From an uncultured Verrucomicrobiae bacterium (lineage in GTDB: Bacteria > Verrucomicrobiota > Verrucomicrobiia > Chthoniobacterales > UBA10450): a DNA stretch of 64,000 nt. The stretch spans positions 352,001 to 416,000 of the forward strand of contig CAWFGO010000001.1 in the NCBI GenBank assembly GCA_963815455.1. Direction: 5' to 3'. The notes below the pieces were generated by a model. The model made no database searches, was not told where the DNA came from, and saw nothing but the letters and a program-made list of their open reading frames with translations. Positions 42,364 through 52,909 of this stretch are shown here, piece after piece; the first letter of the stretch is position 1; each line of letters starts with the position of its first letter. Made by a program: the position numbers and the translations under genes.

Positions 42364-43677
42364 TTGGCCGATCCATTTCCGGCGATGCCGGTACCCGCGC
42401 TTCCCCCGGGCACGACGCAGCGCACCCTCGCCATTATCATGGGTGGCGGCGCTGGAACGCGGTTGTTTCCCTTAACGAAGGACCGGGCAAAACCGGCCGT
42501 GCCGCTCGGTGGAAAATATCGCCTGGTCGATATCCCGATCAGCAACTGCCTGAACTCGGGGCTGCGCTCGATTTATGTGCTGACGCAATTCAACACCATG
42601 TCGCTGCATCGACATATTCAGGCGAGTTACAAGTTCGACAATTTTTCCCGCAGCTTTGTCGATATTCTGGCCGCGCAACAAACCCCCGAAGGTTCGCAAT
42701 GGTATCAGGGCACAGCCGATGCCGTCCGGCAAAACATGCGTTATTTTCTCGAGCGCCCATTCGATTACTACCTGATCCTCAGCGGCGATCAGCTTTACCG
42801 AATGGATTTTCGCGCGCTGCTGCATCAGCACATTCGTTCCGGCGCCGATATCACGCTGGCGACCAAGCCGATGCAGCGGGATCAGGTTTCCGAGTTCGGC
42901 ATCATGCGAAGCGAAGCCGACCGGCGCATCACCCGTTTTTTGGAAAAACCGAAGGACGAAGCCGCGATCAGCGAAATGAAAATGAGCCGCGAGCTGCTTC
43001 GGGCCATCGATTCGAACGAGGAGGAGGAGCTATTCCAGGCATCGATGGGAATTTACGTTTTCAATCGCGACGTGCTGGTCAAATGCCTGGACAACGATCT
43101 GGCCGATTTCGGGAAGCACGTGATCCCGCAATCGATCCAGGATCGGCATGTGAGCGCGTACATTTTCAAGGGTTACTGGGAAGATATCGGAACAATCCGC
43201 GCATTTTACGAAGCGAATCTCGACCTGACCGATATCGTGCCCGAATACAGCTTCTTCGAGCCAGACGTTCCAATTTACACGCATCCGCGATTTCTACCGG
43301 GCAGCAAGATCAACGGCGCGACTCTTCGGCAGGCGATCATCTCCGATGGCTGCATCATTTCCGATGCGCATCTGGAGCGCAGCGTGATCGGCATTCGCAG
43401 CATCATCCAGAGCGGCGCGACGATTCGAAACAGCATCGTGATGGGCGCGGATTATTTCGAACTCGCCGGAGGCGATCCGACGCAGCCAGCCATCGGGATT
43501 GGGCGCAACTGCGTAATCGATCGCGCCATCATCGACAAGAACGCGCGGATTGCGGACGGCGTCGTGATTACGCCGGAAGGCAAGCCGGAAAATTTTGACG
43601 CCGAGAATTTTTTCATCCGCGACGGCATCGTCGTGGTGCCGAAAAACGCGGTAGTCCCGGCCGGGTTCTGGATTTAA
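42364..43677 (+). CDS. glgC: Glucose-1-phosphate adenylyltransferase
   Basis: GGGAGTRLFPLT..RAKPAVP.GG.YR, WYQGTADAV, YWEDIGT. Confidence 0.95.
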   Translation: MADPFPAMPVPALPPGTTQRTLAIIMGGGAGTRLFPLTKDRAKPAVPLGGKYRLVDIPISNCLNSGLRSIYVLTQFNTMSLHRHIQASYKFDNFSRSFVDILAAQQTPEGSQWYQGTADAVRQNMRYFLERPFDYYLILSGDQLYRMDFRALLHQHIRSGADITLATKPMQRDQVSEFGIMRSEADRRITRFLEKPKDEAAISEMKMSRELLRAIDSNEEEELFQASMGIYVFNRDVLVKCLDNDLADFGKHVIPQSIQDRHVSAYIFKGYWEDIGTIRAFYEANLDLTDIVPEYSFFEPDVPIYTHPRFLPGSKINGATLRQAIISDGCIISDAHLERSVIGIRSIIQSGATIRNSIVMGADYFELAGGDPTQPAIGIGRNCVIDRAIIDKNARIADGVVITPEGKPENFDAENFFIRDGIVVVPKNAVVPAGFWI

Positions 43678-43716
43678 GGCCGAGTCGCGGCTCGATTACT
43701 ACGCCCCTGTGCGAAA

Positions 43717-43860
43717 GGTGGATCGCGTCGCTCCGCCGCGCGATGCTAGTCTACTCGGCGCAGCCGCAAATTTAATTGGGAACTTCGCGAGCCAGCGCTA
43801 GGAAATAAATGCAGCTTCGCCGGTTGGATTAACATCGAGCGCGGAGCGGCTCGATCCACC
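43717..43860. repeat. Imperfect REP-like inverted repeat between convergent genes
   Basis: ggtggatcgcgtcgctccg ... cggagcggctcgatccacc. Confidence 0.65.
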
Positions 43861-43884
43861 GCGGCAATCGCCGCTACGACCTCG

Positions 43885-44091
43885 CTATCGGCGATCGGTC
43901 ATGCCGGCCAGATTGCCGCCCGATTCCCATTTTTCCGGCTTATTCCAGGGGACGGTTGACTCCTGCTTTTCGGCGGGGTCATCCACAAGTCGCTGCTCTT
44001 TCTGAGATGCGCAGGAAACGAAGGTGCCCGCAATTGCGAAGATCAAAACCGACGTAATTCTCCTGCGAAGCTTACGAATTGGTACCTGCAT
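43885..44091 (-). CDS. Small putative lipoprotein
   Basis: Basic N-terminus, hydrophobic stretch, FVSC lipobox-like; PWNKPEKWE; start uncertain. Confidence 0.55.
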   Translation of the reverse strand: MQVPIRKLRRRITSVLIFAIAGTFVSCASQKEQRLVDDPAEKQESTVPWNKPEKWESGGNLAGMTDRR

Positions 44092-44875
44092 AAATAACGG
44101 TGTCTCCGGGTTGCACCTGGACCCCACGAGCCAGGCTGCTGGTGATTATATCGCCGATGGCCGTGGCCGGTTCAACTGAAGAAATACGGATCTTGCCAAT
44201 GAGAGTGCCGTCGCGCAAAACGAGCATTTCCGAGTTCGGCTCGACCCCCTGCCGGCCGCCCAGATTCAACACCACGAAATTGTAAGCCTGATTTACCGCC
44301 AGGATGGTGCCGCGCACGCCCGGATTGCCCGCGGCAGCGGCTCGGCGTTTCTTCTCATCCTCAAGCTGGGTGACACGCTCCTGCGCGGCGCGCAATTTGT
44401 CGGACAAAAGAACCTTTTCGCTTTCTGCGCTTTCCACTGAACGCCGCAGCTCGTCGATTTGCGCTTCCACTTCGTTTGCCGATGGAGTGCCGGGGATTTC
44501 GCCGGCGGGTTTCCCGGTCGCTTCCTGGATGCTTTTTTGCAGGGAAACGATCTCGGCTTCGTTCGCGTCGAGCTTGGCCTGCAAATCGGCCTTTTCCTTT
44601 TGCGCCGCCACCAGATCGGCTTCGGCCTTGGCCGCTTTGCTCTCGGCTTCGGCCGCCTTGTTCATTGCTTCGGTCGCGGCGGCTTCGCGCGCCTTGATCT
44701 GTTTTTCTTCAGCGATCCGGCGTTGCACCTCCGCTTCATGCATCGCGGTAATGTTCGACACGTCCGCATGAAGCCGTTTCACCTTGAAGTTGTTCAAGAC
44801 ACCGAACACCCCGGCCAGGAGAATCATTGAGACGGAAATGGCGATTATCGTCTTGGGCGTTAACGCGAGAGTCAT
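44072..44875 (-). CDS. Membrane-anchored coiled-coil protein with C-terminal beta domain
   Basis: N-terminal TM, heptad Ala/Glu/Lys region, G.ILAVN..YNFVVLNLG...PGD.V. Confidence 0.7.
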   Translation of the reverse strand: MTLALTPKTIIAISVSMILLAGVFGVLNNFKVKRLHADVSNITAMHEAEVQRRIAEEKQIKAREAAATEAMNKAAEAESKAAKAEADLVAAQKEKADLQAKLDANEAEIVSLQKSIQEATGKPAGEIPGTPSANEVEAQIDELRRSVESAESEKVLLSDKLRAAQERVTQLEDEKKRRAAAAGNPGVRGTILAVNQAYNFVVLNLGGRQGVEPNSEMLVLRDGTLIGKIRISSVEPATAIGDIITSSLARGVQVQPGDTVIYAGTNS

Positions 44876-45021
44876 GGCATTTCAGGCAGCTTCGGAGTGG
44901 CCAGCAGTTGTAATCGGAAACGCCGCCAAATTGCAATTGCATTTAATTGTTTGAGATCGTTGCGCTCTTGAGTTCGAAATCACGTTGCGCCTTGCACTGT
45001 TCCCACCTATAGAAAGTGCCC

Positions 45022-45159
45022 ATGGGACAGCAGCATCGAGTTCGAGGCAAACGCAAGCGACGCAAAGCCTATCTCAAACGGAAGAAGCAGGCGCGTCGAT
45101 CGACTCGCCGCGAGCCCCCCAAACCGAAGGCGAAGAAGCAGGCGGCGGCGGCCGACTAA
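45022..45159 (+). CDS. 45-aa highly basic small protein (below the ORF-track cutoff)
   Basis: Hand translation MGQQHRVRGKRKRRKAYLKRKKQARRSTRREPPKPKAKKQAAAAD*. Confidence 0.7.
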   Translation: MGQQHRVRGKRKRRKAYLKRKKQARRSTRREPPKPKAKKQAAAAD

Positions 45160-45201
45160 AGATTTTCGTCCGGATCGCGGTCATTCCGGTAGGTCTTCCG
45201 A

Positions 45202-45615
45202 ATGCCGAAACGCGCCCGCTATTTGGTTGTCGATGGACACAGCATCATTTTTGCGTGGCCGGAGCTGCGCAAACTGCATCAACGCCGATCCTCACTCGCG
45301 CGTGAAGCGCTGACCAAGCGGCTGCGCGATTACCAGGATTGGACAGGCGTGCGGACCGTCCTCGTCTTCGACGGAAGAGGCTCCAAAACCAGCGTAATAT
45401 CCGATCCGAGCGAGGTTCAGATCTTTTACTCACGCCGCGGCCAACCGGCCGACGCGATCATTGAGCGGCTCGCAAGCAAATACGCGACGCAATTTGGTTT
45501 GATCGTCGCCACAGGCGATTCGCTGGTGAGGGAAACGGCGAATGCATGCGGCGCGGAGACGATTTCGCCCGAAATGTTGCGCGAAGTTCTGGCCGACGCG
45601 CGCACAACGGGGTGA
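45202..45615 (+). CDS. NYN/YacP-like ribonuclease domain protein
   Basis: LVVDGH, VFDG, ADA.IE, VATGD. Confidence 0.85.
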   Translation: MPKRARYLVVDGHSIIFAWPELRKLHQRRSSLAREALTKRLRDYQDWTGVRTVLVFDGRGSKTSVISDPSEVQIFYSRRGQPADAIIERLASKYATQFGLIVATGDSLVRETANACGAETISPEMLREVLADARTTG

Positions 45616-45617
45616 GA

Positions 45618-46081
45618 TCAGGCAGCGCCAGCCAGGGCCGGTTCAGGCCGCTGATTCAACGGCTCCATTCGCGCGCGGAGCTGGCAGGTCGTCAGCACCC
45701 GGGCGAGGACGCAATAGAGCTGCTCGATGGGGAGATTCTTGCTCACGTAACCATTTGCTCCAGCCCGCAGAGCGGCATGCATTTGATCTTCGTCATAACC
45801 CGCCCCGTGAAAACGACGATCGGCAGCCCCGGATTACTTTCCCGGATAAAGGTGATGAGCGAAATGCCGTCCACTTTCGGCATCTTAAGATCGACAACCG
45901 CCACTTCGCAGTCGTGCTGCGAGAGCCAGTTAGCGGTCTGAAATCCGTCGGTAAGCGCCTCACAGGAGTGACCCTTTTGACGCAGATAGGTGACGAGGAA
46001 CCCGGCGATGGAGGGATCATCATCGATGATAAGAAACTGGGCGAAATCGCGAGTTAGTGGCTTCATCTTTATAATTTCCAT
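45618..46081 (-). CDS. Single-domain response regulator (REC), frameshifted
   Basis: LIIDDD, VVDLKMP..DG, VFTG, then GA.GYVSK in the next frame. Confidence 0.85.
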
Positions 46082-46185
46082 AATCCCTATAGCACTAACC
46101 TTGCCATCCCGCTCCGAAGCTCTCGAATTCGAAATCAAACGGCGGCAGGCGGCTCCGCCCGGAACCATCACAGAGGGCAGCGTTG

Positions 46186-47200
46186 TTAAAGCCCGAGCTT
46201 CTTTTCGATCGCCTTCACCCGCTCGAAAAACTCGCCCAGCTTGCGGACCCAGGCGATCTGTTGCTTTGCATCGCGAAGCGGAACCGTGGGGGTGGCCCAC
46301 CAAATCCCGCCGTTGAGACTCTTGGAGACTCCGCTTTGGGCGCCGATCATCGTGCCATCGCCAATTTCGATGTGGCCAATGATGCCGGCCTGCCCGCCGA
46401 TCATCACTCCCCGCCCGATCCGGACACTGCCGGCCACGCCGACTTGCGCGGCCACAACCGAGTTTTTCCCGATAACGACGTTGTGGGCAATCTGGACGAG
46501 ATTGTCGATCTTGGCTCCCTCTTGAATCCACGTCCGCCCAAAACGCGCCCGGTCGATGGTCGTATTCGCGCCGATCTCGACGTCATCGTCGATTTGGACA
46601 ATGCCAATCTGCGGCACCTTCTTTTGCTGGCCTTTCTCCACCTCAAAACCGAAGCCGTCGGCTCCGATCACAGCCCCGCTGTGAATGATGACACGAGCGC
46701 CGATGCGAGTGCGTTCGCGAATCGTGACGCGTGGATAAATCAGACACTCCGCCCCGATCGTGGTCTCGTGGCCAATGTATGCTCCCGCCCCGATCACCGT
46801 GCGGTCGCCGACACTGCACCCCCGGCTCGATGACCGCGTATGGCTGGATGGAAACGCGATCTCCCAGTTTGGCGCCGGGATCGACAACGGCGGTGGGATG
46901 AATCCCGGCGGCCAACTTGATCGGCTTCGGAGCGAACTTAAGCACGACTTGCTCGAAAGCTTTGGTGGGATTAGCGACGCGAATTTGTGAGGCGACGATT
47001 TTTTCCTCGAAATCAGCCGGAACGAACGCCGCCGAGGCACGAGTGTTGCGAAACGCGGCGAGATAGCGCGGATTTCCGTAAAACGTGATTTCTCCGGTGG
47101 TTGCCTCGGCCAGGGAAGCCGCCCCGTCGATTTTTTGGGCGGGATCGCCGGCTAACTCGCCGCCGGACATCTTCGCCAGTTCCTGAAGGGTGAAAGTCAC
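46186..47200 (-). CDS. lpxD: UDP-3-O-acyl-glucosamine N-acyltransferase, frameshifted
   Basis: [30 protein letters not shown]; hexapeptide repeats. Confidence 0.95.
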
Positions 47201-47208
47201 AATAGTGC

Positions 47209-47301
47209 GTCATTCCGAGCGTAGCGAAGCGGAGTCGAGGAATCCCGCGTTCTCAGCTTAAGGGTTGCATCGCGGGATCCTTCGACTTGGCTCAGGATGA
47301 C
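47209..47301. repeat. GTCAT-type REP-like inverted repeat
   Basis: gtcattccgagcg...gtcgaggaatcccgcg ... cgcgggatccttcgacttggctcaggatgac. Confidence 0.85.
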
Positions 47302-47324
47302 CGCGGAGGGCGCGACATCGGAGA

Positions 47325-48293
47325 TCATTTTTTCACACTGGCCCGGACAACATCGAGCTGACCGGCCGAACCGAGCTTCTCGTTCTTGTGAGCAATGAAA
47401 TTCGCGTATTCCTCGACAAAGGTTTTTCCCGGGGGCCGGAAATCAAATTGCTCGGGATGATCGCGAAAGAATTCGCGATGGACCCGTGTCCAGACGAGCC
47501 GCCCATCGGTGTCGATGTTCACCTTGGTCACGCCCAGTTTTGCGGCGGGCAAATATTCCTCCTCATTCACGCCGCGGGCGGATGGATCGAGCTTGCCGCC
47601 GGCAGCGTTGATCCGCTCCACTTCCGATTTCGGAACGCTGGACGATCCATGCATGACGATGGGTGTGGGGGGCAACCCTGCTTGTTTTATCTTGTCGCGG
47701 ATACCCTCGATAACGTTGAAATGCAGCGATTGCTGGCCCTTGAACTTGTAGGCGCCGTGACTGGTCCCAATGGCCGCAGCAAGGGAATCGCATTTTGTTT
47801 GCTTGATGAACTCGACCGCCTCATCCGGATTGGTCAAACAGGCGTGACCTTCATCGACCTTGATGTCCTCTTCCACGCCGCCGAGCCTGCCCAGCTCCGC
47901 TTCCACGCTGATTCCCTTGGCGTGGGCTTTTTCGACGACGCGCTTGGTGATGGCTACGTTCTCCTCGAAAGCCTCGTGGCTGGCATCGATCATGACCGAA
48001 CTGTAAAAACCCGACGCGATGCAATCGTAGCACGCCTCTTCGTCGCCATGATCGAGATGCACGGCAAAGATCGCTTCGGGAAACATCCCTTCCGCGGTTC
48101 GAATAATCGCCTCGAGCATGCGCTTGTCGGCATACTTTCGCGCGCCTTTGGAGAGTTGGATGATGAAAGGCGCCTTGCTTTGCACAGCGCCGCGGAACAA
48201 GCCCAGGCATTGTTCCATGTTATTAATGTTATAGGCGCCAACGGCGAATTTGCCGTAGGCAACTTTGTAGAGTTGAGCAGTAGTGACAATCAT
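47325..48293 (-). CDS. fba: Fructose-bisphosphate aldolase class II
   Basis: VHLDHG, SSVMID.S, VEAELG, GTSHG, VMHGSS, KVNIDTD. Confidence 0.95.
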   Translation of the reverse strand: MIVTTAQLYKVAYGKFAVGAYNINNMEQCLGLFRGAVQSKAPFIIQLSKGARKYADKRMLEAIIRTAEGMFPEAIFAVHLDHGDEEACYDCIASGFYSSVMIDASHEAFEENVAITKRVVEKAHAKGISVEAELGRLGGVEEDIKVDEGHACLTNPDEAVEFIKQTKCDSLAAAIGTSHGAYKFKGQQSLHFNVIEGIRDKIKQAGLPPTPIVMHGSSSVPKSEVERINAAGGKLDPSARGVNEEEYLPAAKLGVTKVNIDTDGRLVWTRVHREFFRDHPEQFDFRPPGKTFVEEYANFIAHKNEKLGSAGQLDVVRASVKK

Positions 48294-48384
48294 AGGCTTG
48301 GAAGAGGTGAATCTTTCGCGCCAAAGTCGCGAGTAGGAGAACGAATCTAGCGGCGAAATCGAAAATCGAAAATCGAAAATCAGA

Positions 48385-50400
48385 TCAGTGCCCGTTCGAT
48401 TTCGTTGGCAGCATGATGCTCACCAACGTGCCGTGAGAGGTCGAATCGATATCCACCCTGCCGTTGTGATCGAAAATGGTGCGCTTGACGATGGGCAGGC
48501 CAAGTCCCATTCCGCGCGTTTTGGTTGTGCAAAAGGGGGAGAAAATTTTTTCCTTTAATTCGGGCGCGATTCCTTTGCCGTTGTCGCGAACCGTCACCAC
48601 AACGCCGGTAGAACGTTTCCCGTGACGAACAGATTTTGCCGAAAGCGTGATGCGCGCTTTGGTTTGACCCGAGAGCGCCTCGGCCGCGTTGGCCACCAGA
48701 TGCGCAAAAACTTCCGCCAAAGCCGTCTCGTCACCGAGCACTTTGGGAAGATCGCCCGGCAGCGATGTCTCCACCGAGACGTCGCCGTTCATATGGAACC
48801 GCTCCCGCGCGATCTCGACCCCTTTTTGCAGCGGGCGGCGGACATCGATCGACTTGAAGATGAGATCCGGCGGATGGGCAAAGTTATCGATTTGCGCGAT
48901 GATGTTGTCGAGGCGATCGACCTCCTTGACCACGATTTCGTTGAATTCCTTTCGAAAATCGGCGTCGTCGAAACGCTCGGGCAGAAGTTGGGCGAAAGTC
49001 TTGATGGCGACGAGCGGATTGCGAATTTCGTGCGACATACTGGCCGCCAGATCGGTCCAAAATGCGGCCCGATCGACCAACGATTGTTTCTCGCGCACAC
49101 TTTGTTCGGCTGTCAGATCGTTTACGATTGCGACAACGCCAAGCGATGTGCCATTGTCGCCGAGTCGGCGTGTTTCCACCGAAACCGACCGCCGGGTGGC
49201 ACCGTCCATCCATTGCTGCGACAGAATCGGGGCGTTGGATTCAAGCGCTTCACGAACGATGCCGGCTAGTCTGCCCCCGGCAGTTTCAACCGGTTTGTTC
49301 AGGACAGTCGCCTTGGAAATACCGAGGATTTGTTCGGCCGTGGGATTGAACCACCGGATAATTCCATCCACGTCGGTGGCCACGATGCCCGGCGGGATCG
49401 CTTCCAGCAGCGTTTCGGCCAGAGTTTTTTGCAGCGCCGCCTCCTCGTAAAGCAAGGCATTTTCCAAGACGGTCGACACATGCTCGGCCAGCATCATCAG
49501 GCCTTCGAGATCGTGGGTATCGAAATTCTCGCCGGTCACGCGATGGCCGAAAAACATCCAGCCTCGGACTCGTTCCGGGTTGCGCAGGTAGAGGGGCACG
49601 ATCACTTCCGCGCCAAACGAATCGAGAGCGCGCCGCATCACCGCGCGCTCTTTGGGATCGGCTGTTTGCGCGAGGTTGACCCGAGAAATCAAATGGGCAT
49701 GCCGTTCGAACCAGCGTGCAAGCCCATCGCGCTCTCCAAACTCCAATTCGTGGGTTTCCGGAAAACAGCGGAGTCCGGCCAGGAGCCGGTAACGATTGCT
49801 CTGGCGAGTCTTGAGAAAATCCCCACCCGGGTTACGCCAGCGGCATCCGCGACGCCTTCTATGACGCTGGCAAGGAGCGCTTCAACATTTTCGAATCGAC
49901 GAAACACGCGGGGGAACCGCAATAGGGAAAGGCTCGCAGGTGCGACCGAACGACCGGCAACAATTTCGACGGGACGCGGCCGGCATCGGAATAGCTGGAG
50001 CAATCGTCGATCTTTCCCGAAGATCGCGATTCTCCTGCAATACTTGGAGATGATCGAACGCACGCGCGGCCAACGCCTGAAACGGACGACGTTCCAGTTC
50101 CAGATCCTCAGCCGCGTAAATCCCCGATTGCTCGGCCTCCCGCAGCGGATCCGAACGGGCCGCGCCGAGCGCAATGATCAAGACCTCCGGCGACTCACGT
50201 TGAATCTGCTCGATCAGATCGCGGCAATCCCTGGCGCGCAGATCGACAAAGAGCAGGGCCGGCCCTGCCTGCTGCAAAACCGCATCCAGCCGATCGGCAT
50301 TCGCCACGTGACGCACCTGGGACATCGCCCGCAAAAACGCCTTGATTCGCCGAACGAGGTCGGGGTCCTGAGTATATAAAACGCAAATCGGCGGGGACAT
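48385..50400 (-). CDS. Cytoplasmic histidine kinase: degenerate REC - GAF-like - PAS - HisKA - HATPase, frameshifted
   Basis: N-terminal LLFVDLR; HEIRNPL, NAAEA, DNGKGI, GMGLGL. Confidence 0.85.
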
Positions 50401-52909
50401 CATGCCGCCGCCACCTCTCGATCAAACCGGACCAGCGGAAACAGAATGTGAAACGCTGTCCCCTTTTGCAGTTCGCTTTCCACCTCAACCTGGCCTCCAT
50501 GTTCCTGAATGATCCCATGCACCACAGACAATCCCAGCCCGGTGCCGTAATCTTTCGTGGTAAAAAATGGATCGAACACGTGCGGGATATCCTCGCTGCG
50601 AATTCCTTCGCCGTTGTCGCGAATGGAAATCCGCAGAGGCCTCGAAGCCTTCGCCATTGGACTGGCTCATGGCGGGCGTCCAGACCTCGCCCGTCCGGAT
50701 TTCCGTGCGCACACTCAGTTCGCCGCCGCTTTTCATCGCATCCATCGCGTTAATAAAGAAATTCAGAAACACCTGCTCCAATTGGTCCGGATCGGCCCGT
50801 ATTGTATCAACATTTGCGTCCCAAGAGCGAGTTAATTTGATCGATTTTTGGTGTAATCGATGCCCCACGAGCTTGAGGGATTTTTCGAGGATCTCGTGCA
50901 CATGCATCGGTTTGAGCACCGGCTTGGTGGGCCGGGCGAACCGAAGCAGCTGGTTCACCAGCGAATCGATCCGGTCGATCTCATGCCCGATCAGATTCGA
51001 AAACGTTTCCCGAAAATCCGAATCCTGGTAACGCTCGGGCAGTAATTGGGCGAAAGTCTTGATCGAGACCAGCGGGTTCTTGATCTCGTGCGCCATGCCG
51101 GCGGAGAGGGTGCCGAGACTGGCCAGCCGGTCGCTTCTTCGAATCTGTAATTCGAGCCTCTTGAGTGAAGTAATGTCCGTCAGCACCATCAACGCGCCGA
51201 GGATCTTGTCGATCTTGTCCATGGAAAATGGAAGTGCTGGCCCGGACCACCACGCCGTCGTTTCCGGATTGCAGGACCAGCTCGCTATTTACCTGGCTTT
51301 CGTCGTCAACCAATGTCTTGCGCAACGGACCACGCAGCGCCTCCGGCAGCTCGTTGAGTGAGCGGTCGATCATGTCCTGCGAATTAAGTCCGGTGATCTG
51401 TCCCGCTTCGTTGTTAAAAACAGTGATTCGTTCGTCTGTTCCTACCGCAATCACGCCGCTGGTCAGATGTTCCAGCAGCGTTTCGTTGTAAATCTTTGCG
51501 TTCTGCACTTCCGTAAACAGCTCCGCATTTTCCAGCGCCACAGCGAGCTGGCCACACAAAACCTGCAATGCATTCTGCTCCACCATGCCGTAAGCGCGTC
51601 CCGATTTTCGCGCTCCCAGCAGCATCACACCCGCCAGTTGGTCGCGAGCAAAAATCCCCATCGCCAGGCCGATCTGGAGAGAATCTAGCTGCCGCATCAC
51701 AAGCTGGAGCTGCGGGGTGGGTCGCACCCGGTGTAGTTCTTCCAACACGATCGGCTCCCGATCCAACAGAAGTTGGGCGATGGTCGCCTGGTCGCGCGTC
51801 AGCTCCAGATGCTCACGCACTCCTGCGTCGGCAAAGGGATATTGCTGGGAAAATCCATGTCGATCCGGCAGAAGAATGAACACGCGATCGGTGCCAACCG
51901 CATCGGCCACCGTTTTGGCAAATCGATCGAGCAAATCCCGCAGGGTCGTGACCGAACTCAATATCTTGGCCGCTTTGCTGACCGTTGCCCGGAAATCGAG
52001 CCGGTGCGAGCTAATAAAGAGCCGTTCGGCCAGGCGCTGGGAAACGCCGCGGGCCGGGGCCATGGCGATGGCAATCACGATTGCCGCCGCCACATGCGCA
52101 ATTGACCGGGCATTGCCGAACGAATGCAGAGCCGCCACCACCAGCCACCAAACCACTGCGTAAAGCGCCAGAAGATACACCGCGAGCAGCCCGTAAGAGA
52201 ATAACCGCCGCAGGAGGACGCCGACATCCATGATTTTTCGCGTAGCTATGCCGTAGGCGATGATCAGGCCAAAGAGGACAATTCGAAAGGGCGCGAACTG
52301 GGCTATTTCTGAACGATCGATAAACAGGCCCAGGGCGAAGGACAAGAGAGTCGTTCCGATCACGACACCAACGCCAATTAAGATAAATGCGAGTTCCGCC
52401 CGCCTGCCTGCCGTGGCCTTGCTCAAATCGCGGGCATAGAGAGACACGACGGCTATCCCGGCCAGAGCAATGTACGCGAAATAGAGAATGGATTGCTTGC
52501 CATACATCGGCACCACCGCTCCCGTCGCGGGCGACAGGTCGACTCCTTTGAGAAAGAATTTGGTTTGGCAGAACGCAATCATTAGACCTAATGCGAACAA
52601 CCAGGCCCATGATCTCCGAACGATCTCGCCCCAGGATTGGTCGCCATGTTTTACGGACAGTCGAAGAAAATTGAAGAACGTAAGGACCACGGCGCCCATA
52701 ACGGAGGCCTGCCGGATGTAAAACGCCGCGAGTTCGACCGTAGTGGCCTGGAATGTCAGGCAGAGGCTGCCCAGCCATCCGTCGATGGCAATAGATAGAA
52801 GCAGAAAACACTGATTTGGTTTGCGCCTGGGGTTTGCATAAAACACCGCGAGGCCCAGGCCAAGCTGGATAACGATCGCGATGATAATTGATAGGACAGG
52901 GCTTTTCAT
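50400..52909 (-). CDS. Membrane histidine kinase: multi-TM (HisKA_7TM-like) sensor - GAF - PAS - HisKA - HATPase, frameshifted
   Basis: Many hydrophobic helices, NPRR..N..F; HEIKNPL, NAMDAM, DNGEGI, GTGLGL. Confidence 0.85.

Noticed and set aside
29714..47200. Frameshifts in dapF, dapA, dapB, gspE, glmS, lpxD and many others as pseudogenisation or programmed frameshifting
   Set aside because: They are scattered evenly, hit essential genes and leave all motifs intact; best explained by long-read indel errors.
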